Shown here in pieces: positions 52,978-64,000 of a DNA stretch of 64,000 nt. Below the pieces are notes generated by a model that was not told the origin of the DNA, made no database searches, and saw nothing but the letters and a program-made list of their open reading frames with translations. Position numbers and translations under genes: made by a program. This DNA comes from Octopus vulgaris. Its lineage: Eukaryota. Each line of letters begins with the position of its first letter. Positions within the stretch are counted from its first letter, which is position 1. The DNA is taken from positions 71,672,001 to 71,736,000 of the forward strand of contig OX597814.1 in assembly GCA_951406725.2 (NCBI GenBank), read 5' to 3'.

Positions 52978-55968
52978 GATTTGAATGATTCTAGTTTCAG
53001 CTTATGAGCTGTGGCCATGCTGGGGCACCGCCATTTGGTGTTGCTACTTGGTTTCACTTCATGGAGGCTTTCTAGCAACTGCTATTTGGTGCATGAGAGA
53101 GTTCGATGCAGCTGCCCTCATCTGCCCCTCCTGCCGTGAAGTTGGTTCATCTGGGACACCTGACAGGAAGAGATCCAGCTTCATTTTAAAGACATCTGTA
53201 TCCACCCCATGCAGGTCTCTCAGGTTCTTCGGGAGGATATTGAAGAGCTGTGGGCCTCGGAAGCCCAGGCTATCACAGAATCTTGTCCTACATCTTGATG
53301 GCAGGTTTGGAGTCCTAGGCACCACGCAGTGGCGCCCAGTTCTGGCATTTGCGTATCTCTCGATGCCAAAGTTCAGGACACTTCCCTCCAGGATCTTCCA
53401 GATGTATATTATGGCATATCTTTCCCGCCTACGCTCCAGGGAATATAATTTTAATCTCTTGAGTCTTTCCCAGTAGCTTACATTCTGCATAGAGGCTATC
53501 TTCTTCGTGTAGCTTCGTTGGATCACCTCAAGTTCTGTGATCAACTTGACACTGGATGGTGACCATAGCTGAGAGCAATAGTCAAAGTGGCTTAGGACAA
53601 GTGTCTTCCAGAGGACCATCATGGTTTCTTGTTCTCTTGTTCTAAAGGTTCTAAGAATCCATCCAGCCAGCCGTCTACATTTCATTGTCAGTTTAGCAAC
53701 ATGTACATGAAAGGTCGCGTCATCACTCATGTGAATACCCAGGTCACGCACTGATTGTGCCTCTGGGATTGCAATCCCTCCGGGTCCAGTGTATTCATTG
53801 GGTATTGCATTCAGTTTTGCATGCTGATAGTATAAAGCTTGAAACTTTCCAGCATTGAACTGCATGCTATTCTTTTCAGCCCACTTGTATATTTCGTCCA
53901 GCTCACATTGCAGGTGTTTAGTGTCCTCAGGGTTCTGTATTGCCTGTGAAACTTTTGTATCGTCTGCATAACTTGTGATCGTGGCTCTCTGCCTGGCTGA
54001 GGGCATGTCTGAGAGGGCCATTATGAACAGTAGTGGTCCCAGAACAGTGCCCTGCGGAACACCGCTCACTATTTGTGTGTTAATGGAGGTGGCCCCATTG
54101 GCTACTACCACCTGACTTCTATCCTTCAGAAAGTCATGAAGCCATTCTCCCAGTTTTCCAACTATGTTGAGATCACGCAGTTTGTGACATATCATTCCAT
54201 GATCGACTTTATCAAAGGCCTTTGCAAAGTCGAGATATATGACTTCCACATTTGAGTGGTTGAGCAGCCGTTTCAGCACCCAGTCATAGTGTTGTAGGAG
54301 CTGAGTTAAACAGCTTCTCCCTGGTCGGAAACCATGTTGGGTGTCGGGCAGCAAGTCATTCTCTTCAAGGAAGGTGATCAGCTTCCTTCTGACTATTCGT
54401 TCCATGACCTTGCTGATGTGTGAGGTCAGAGAGATAGGTCTATAGTTCTTGGCTTCCGCTCTGCTACCTCCTTTATGAATGGGGCATATTTTACCTTCCT
54501 TCAGTTTTCCTGGAAGTTTGCCAGCTGCAAGGAAGCTCTGAAAGAGGAACTGCAGTGGTCTTGCTAGGACTCTCTTACATGCTTTTAGGAGGATTGCCGG
54601 GAATCCATCGGGGCCAGTAGCTGAGTCTGTTTTCATTTCATCTATAGCCTTCGTTACATCGTCTTCCTTTATATCGATGTAATCTATCGTCGCCGCCTCT
54701 GATTTTATATCTGCAGTGGTAAAAAAGTCAGTTGGATTGGTGATTTGGAGATGCCCAAGGGGTGGAGTGAAAACACTCTTGAATTGCTCATTCAGTATTT
54801 CACTTACCCTCATTGGTTTTCCTGTAAGTGTGCCATCCTTTTCGAGGAGTGGCCCAATTCTACAGTGCACTGTAGCTGTTTCTTTGGCATACCTGTAGAA
54901 AGCTCTGGGGTTAGATTTTATGTTTTCTATAGCCCAGGCTTCTTTGTCTGCTCTTTCTTTTTCATGGGAGAGTTGCAGACATTTTTCGATTTCCAACAGT
55001 TTTATTTTTAGGCGGGACTTTTCACTGCTTTCAATCTGTTTGTTTAGGCGATTTGAAAATTTCGTACGCCGTCTCATTAAAATTTTCCTCTCTCTTGGGA
55101 TTTTGTTCTTGTGTACAGTGGCCTTTCTCTCTGGGACACATTTGTAGCATATGGCTTGCATTACAGACATGAATTGTTGAAGTTTCACGTCGATGTCTGG
55201 CGAGGAGAGACATTTAGGCCAGTTTTGTTTGAGGATCTCTTTCTCAATTTGTTTCCAGTTTGCCTTATGGTAGTTCAAGCTGGAAAGATTTTGAGGGTTT
55301 CTTGTAGGCTGCATGTCCGTGCTCTCTTTTGGCCCGTACATGGTCAGCTCTATCATGTTGTGATCCGAGAGTAGTGTCGGTGTCACTTTCACATTATGGA
55401 TGAGATCCATGTCATTTGTGAAGCAGAGATCCAGTGTGTTACCTGCCCTGGTTGGTTGGAGTATTACATGCTCCATGTACAAGGTGTTGATGAGGTTCAG
55501 GAGGGACCTCGCCTGTCCTCGTTCACATCTTGTCATTCCTGGGAGAGAAAGGCCTCGGGCCATCTGACATTGGGCAGATTGAAGTCTCCCATAAGAAGCA
55601 CACCTATGTGTTGTTCCAATGTGGTTAGAATTTCTTCTATTTTTATAAGGCAGTCTTCAAACTTGCCCACATGGCTTGGGGCATCTGGAGGGCGATATGT
55701 AGCACACACAACTACATCAAGTTGCCTAATATGTACAATTAGTGTGTCACACACCGAGTTTGAGTATGACAAGAGGACCTGGGGTGTGAGGTCCTCACGG
55801 ATGTACATAGCAACACCTCCATGACTCCTTTCTTTCCTGTCGGTCCGTAGTACAGCATACTGTGGTATGTGTAACTCCGCATCTGCTATGTCCGGTTTCA
55901 GGTGCGTTTCTGTAAGTGCTATGCATATGGCTTGATTGCATGCAACAAAGTCTCACAGGAACGGGATC
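52978..55968 (-). mobile_element. Subfamily A LINE, copy 3, 5'-truncated within the APE domain, intact 3' end
   Basis: 834-aa ORF 53059..55563 with complete RT; 1-bp frameshift near 55553; TA at both ends. Confidence 0.93.
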
Positions 55969-56074
55969 TATATANNNNNNNNNNNNNNNNNNNNNNNNNN
56001 NNNNNNNNNNNNNNNNNNNNNNNNNNNNNNNNNNNNNNNNNNNNNNNNNNNNNNNNNNNNNNNNNNNNNNNNNN

Positions 56075-59000
56075 TGTTTCAGCCATCCGGCTGAGGCCAT
56101 ACTGGGGCACCGCCCTTGTTGCTACCCTCTCTAAGTCCAGTTTGCCGTGGCTGGCCACTGATCTAAGAGAGAGTTTGTAGCTGCTGCCCTTAGGTTACCT
56201 TCGTACCTTGCAGTGGGTTCATCTGGGATCCCGGAAAGCAGCTTGTCTAGATGTTTTTGAAAATGTCCACATCCGCATCATGTAGATCTCTTAGTTTTCT
56301 TGGCAGTTTGTTGAACAGCTGAGGGCCCCTGAACCCCAGGCTATTACAGTATCTGCTCCTTACCCTGGATGTGGAAGACGGGACCTTTGGCACCACACAG
56401 TGACGACCTGTACGGGGATTGGAACAGCTCTCAATTCCAAAATTTGGTGCTAGTCCCTCCAGGATTTTCCATATGTATATCACTGCATATCTCTCTCGTC
56501 TTCGTTCCAAGGAGTACAAATTGAGTTCCCTAAGCCTCTCCCAATAGTTCTTTTCTTTCATGGTGGAAATCCTCTTGGTGAAATGTCTTTGGATTGTCTC
56601 AAGCTCTGTGGTTAGTTTGACACTATGCGGTGACCACAGTTGGGAGCAGTAGTCTAGGCGGCTTAGGACAAATGTCCTCCATAGTGTCAACATGGTCTCG
56701 CAGTCTCTTGTCCGGAATGTCCTCAGGATCCAGCCAGTGAGTCGTCTGCACATTGTCGCCACCTTCGCGATGTGTGAAGAAAAAGATGCATCGTCACTCA
56801 TGTCTATCCCCAGGTCCCGTATTGATTTCGATACTGGGATTTCGATCCCTCCTGGACCAGTATAGTTGTGTTGTAATGTATATGTGTTTACAGCTTGATA
56901 TTGTAAGGCTTGAAATTTACCAGCATTAAATTGCATGTTGTTGTCTTCAGCCCATTTGTATATGGCATCCAGATCTTGTTGTAAAAGGTCAGCATCAGCT
57001 GGGTTTTTGATTGCCTGTGCTACCTTTGTGTCATCAGCATAGCTAGTGAGGGATGTTGTTTGTGCTACCAAGGGCATGTCAGAGAGCGCCACCAAAAACA
57101 GCAAGGGTCCCAAGACTGTGCCCTGTGGCACCCCGCTTGCTATTGGTGTCTTTCCCGAGAGGGCTCCATTGGCTGCAACCATCTGGCTTCTGTCCTTCAG
57201 GAAGTCATGTATCCACTCACCTACTTTTCCTGTTATGCCGAGTCTGAGTAATTTGTGACATATCACTCCGTGGTCGACTTTGTCAAAGGCCTTCGCAAAG
57301 TCGAGATATACCACATCCACCTGTGAGCGATCCAGTAGTTGTTTCAGTACCCAGTCGTAGTGTTGTAACAGCTGCGTAAGGCAGCTTCTTCCTGGGCGAA
57401 AGCCATGCTGTGTGTCAGTGAGACGGTTAGTTTCTTCGAGGAACGTGATCAGTTTTTTTCTGATGATTCGTTCCATGACCTTACTTATGTGTGACGTCAG
57501 GGAGACTGGCCTGTAGTTTTTGGCCTCTGCTCTACTCCCTCCTTTGTGGATAGGGCATATGGTGCCTTCTTTTAGCGCCCTGGGCAGTTTACCGTTAGCC
57601 AAGGAACCACTGAAGAGCATCTTCAGTGGTCCCGCTAGGGCATGCCTGCATGTTTTTAGGAGGACTGCTGGGAATCCATCTGGTCCAGCAGCTGAGTTTA
57701 TTCTCATTTCTTCTATGGCAGATATTACATCCCTCTCTGTTATGTCTATGTGGTCGATGGTTGTTGTTTGGTTTTGGAGTGTTGTGGCATCAAAGAAAAC
57801 TTCTGGGTTTGTGATTTGCATGTGCCCCAGAGGGGATGTGAACACACTTTTATACTGTTCCTTTAGTATTTCACTTATCCCTTGGGGGTCCTCAGTTAGA
57901 GAGCCCTTTTTATCAAAGAGTGGGCCAATCTTGCAGTGTACCGAGGTGGTTTCTTTCGCAAATTTAAAGAAAGCTTTAGGGTTTGTTTTAATATTCTCTA
58001 TGGCCCTGGCTTCTCTCTCTGCCCTCTCCTTCTCATAGGAAAGTTTGAGTGCAGTTTCCGTTTCAAAAGTTTCAGGTGGAGTCCCTTATTGTTTCTCTGC
58101 CGTGCATTCAGTTGCTTCGAGAGCTTAGCTCTTCGCCTCATAAGTATTTTCCTGTCTCTGGGAATAACGTTCCTATGCCCGCTGGCTTTTTCTCCGGGAC
58201 AAACTTATGGCATATGTTCTGTATTGTTGTCATGAAATGTTGGAAATGTGTGTTGGTGTCTTGTGTGGTGATGAAGTCACTCCAGTCATGTTTTCGGATC
58301 TCTTCGTTGATCTTCTTCCAGTTTGCCTTATGGAAGTTTAGACTGGATAGGCCTGTGGTATTTTCTAATGGCTGCGTCTCAACTAACTCTCTCATACCAT
58401 ATATCATTACCTCTACTAAGTTGTGATCTGAGAGAATTGTAGGTGTTACCATTATGTTGTGGATGAGCATCGGGTTGCTTGTGAAACAGAGGTCCAAGAC
58501 ATTCTCACCTCTTGTTGGCCGAAGCACTGCTTGTTCCATGAAAAACTTGCGTGTGAGAGCCAACAAGGACTCTGTCTGTCTCTGTTCAAGTGATGTCATT
58601 CCAGGGAGGAGATGGCCATCTGGCCATTTGACTTTCGGAAGGTTAAAATCTCCCAGCAGTAGAATGGTGTTACCCTGGTCCAGTTTGTCCAGGACTTCTT
58701 CTATTCTTCTGAGGCTATCTTCAAACACTCCTTCATGACTAGGGGTGTCTGGTGGCCGATATGTGACACATATTACTATTTTCGGTTGTTTCATGTGTAC
58801 TATCAGTGTGTCACAGACTGAGTTTGAGTGTGTCAACAGTACTATGGGTGTGACATCTTCACGGACGTACAGGGCAACCCCACCATAGAGTTCTTTCCTT
58901 CCTGTCTGACCGAAAAACAGTATACTTTGGTACGTGTATTTCTGCATCTGCTATACTGCTTGACAGGTGCGTTTCAGTCAGCGCTATGCATATTGCATGG

Positions 59001-60480
59001 TTGCTTGTGCTTAAGTCCCTAAGGTAAGGAATTTTACTCATATTAGTGGGTTTCACCAGACCTCTGACATTCAGCAGAAGCACTGGTGAGATATTTGGGG
59101 TGTCAATAAAGGCTGTCGGTGTGGCACCTGGGCTGGTGTCAGCGGTGGCCACCCTGGGTCCCTTGATTGTGGTGGTCTTGAGTGCTGTTGTGAGTGCCCC
59201 TGGCTCTGAAGACGATGTATCCAGGCCAGTTGTCCCACAATTTACCTCTGCTATTTCCACAAAATTTCTTTGTTCTGCTGCCGCTGTCTGCATTTCCTCT
59301 GCAAATGTGCGCCTTCTCCTTGTTGGGGCATTCCGCACTATGTCTGCATATTTCTCGGGCAGCTTCAAATTTGTTCTGGTTTTGGTTTCGGTCTTGGTTT
59401 TGGTTAAGGCATTTTGGTCGAGTGGGTTTGATGCAATTTCCATAGGGCCTGGGATGAGCGAACCTGCATCCTTCCCCTGTTTCTCCATGCCAGCAGGTTC
59501 CATTCCGGAAGAATTTGCATGTTATCTGGGTTTTCTTGTCCCCAGTTCCTCTCTGTTTTTTCTTCCTCCGTTGGACGGTTGTCCACTGGTTCCTTTCTGC
59601 ATAGGTCTTTTCATCCGGCTGGTTATTTTCTGTTTCCCCATCGCCGCCTATCTGTTGTTTGCCCTGCTTGCCTTCTTCGACTGTGGCTGTGGGTGTGTCA
59701 TTTTTTGACACTCTGTGGTTGGTGTTTCCTGTTTCCATCTCTCTCTCTTTGTCTTTATCCACCTTGAGGACTTGGCTTAGCAAAGCCATGTGTGGTGCAA
59801 TGAGAGTGTAGGCCCTTTCAACTTCTCTTTTCTTCCTCTCTACCTGCGCCAACGTCCTCATAAAGCCATGGCTTTTCAGGGTCGCCACTATGTTTTTAGT
59901 TGGTTGCGATCTGTCGGCCGAGTCCATCCTCTGATGAAAACTTCCAGCTCTACTTTCGTCCAGTTACGCTGGCTTTTGTTGACGCCAGTGTTTGCATTTA
60001 CCTCTAATTTTTGCATGTTGTCCATTCCGTTGTAGCGGGGAGAGAGAGAGAAGCTGTGAGGGAAAAAGGGAGAAGGGAGGAGAGATGAAGAGATTGTGAG
60101 GAAGGGAGGGTGAGAGAGAGGAAAAGAAGACTGTTTTGGGGAAAGAGAGAGAGGGTGAGAGAGAGGCAGGGAAGGAAAGCGAGAGAGGGCGAGAGAGATA
60201 GAGAAAGGGGGTCTGAAGGAAAGAAAAAGAGAGAGATTGGGAGGGAGGGAGTGAGTTCGTGAGGGAAAGAGAAAGGGATAGTGAAAAGGAAGGAGAAAGG
60301 GAGAGTGAGGAGAGAGAGGGGGAGAGATAGTGTGATGGAAAGAGCGAGAGAGGGGGGGAGAAAGAGGTAGTGCAGGAAAGCGAGAAAAAAAGATTACGAG
60401 GGAGAGATAGAGGGGCAGAGAGGCTGTGAAAGAAAGAGAGAGAAAGAGATTTTGAGAGAGGGAGAGAGTGTGAGAATGTG
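56075..60480 (-). mobile_element. Subfamily B LINE, near full-length (purine-rich 5'UTR, ORF1 ~59100-59990, ORF2 ~56150-59260, several frameshifts)
   Basis: ORF1 NWTKVELEVFIRGW..LKSHGFMRTLAQVERKK and CKFFRNGTCWHGETGEGCRFAH; APE (LLNVRGL, YRPP, GDFN, SDHN) and RT (YADD). Confidence 0.92.
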
Positions 60481-60712
60481 CAAGAGAAGGAATAGCTACA
60501 ATATGTTACATATACACACATACTTACATATATAGATATAAATAAAAGTAAAAATATCCATTCATCACAGATATGTACAACCTGTAAACATCGACACTTG
60601 TTGTCACGGAATTTACCGTTCTATATATAACACACGCGCACGATAGCGAAAGATAAGAAAACAGTTTTAAAGGTATATCTCTCATAAGATCATATTTCTC
60701 CATATACACGCG

Positions 60713-64000
<3,288 letters not shown>

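Overview
This is a repeat-saturated, AT-rich animal genomic window, most likely octopus/cephalopod; that call is an inference from the SINE and RTE sequences and the very long (TA)n arrays. It contains seven 100-N scaffold gaps and no recognisable host gene. About a third is (TA)n-type microsatellite, and the giant IYIY ORFs are artefacts of it. The rest is layered retroelements. (1) Seven copies or fragments of a CR1/L2-group LINE in two subfamilies, all on the minus strand and mostly abutting (TA)n. ORF1 combines a Myb/SANT(trihelix)-like N-terminus with a CCCH zinc finger. The APE-RT ORF2 lies in the -1 frame and opens at a slippery heptamer found at the same position in both subfamilies, a candidate programmed -1 frameshift. 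(2) At least five unrelated non-coding fold-back or tandem elements, each carrying a type I hammerhead ribozyme motif with a short palindromic stem III (Penelope pLTR/retrozyme-like). They include a compensatory G3-C8 core and a U3 core. (3) RTE LINE pieces, an RLE (HERO/R2-like) 3' end, an L1/Tx1 ORF1, a Penelope RT remnant, a mariner remnant, tRNA-derived SINEs, a 240-bp monomer array with a YY1 motif, and a small CpG-rich NRF1-motif island.
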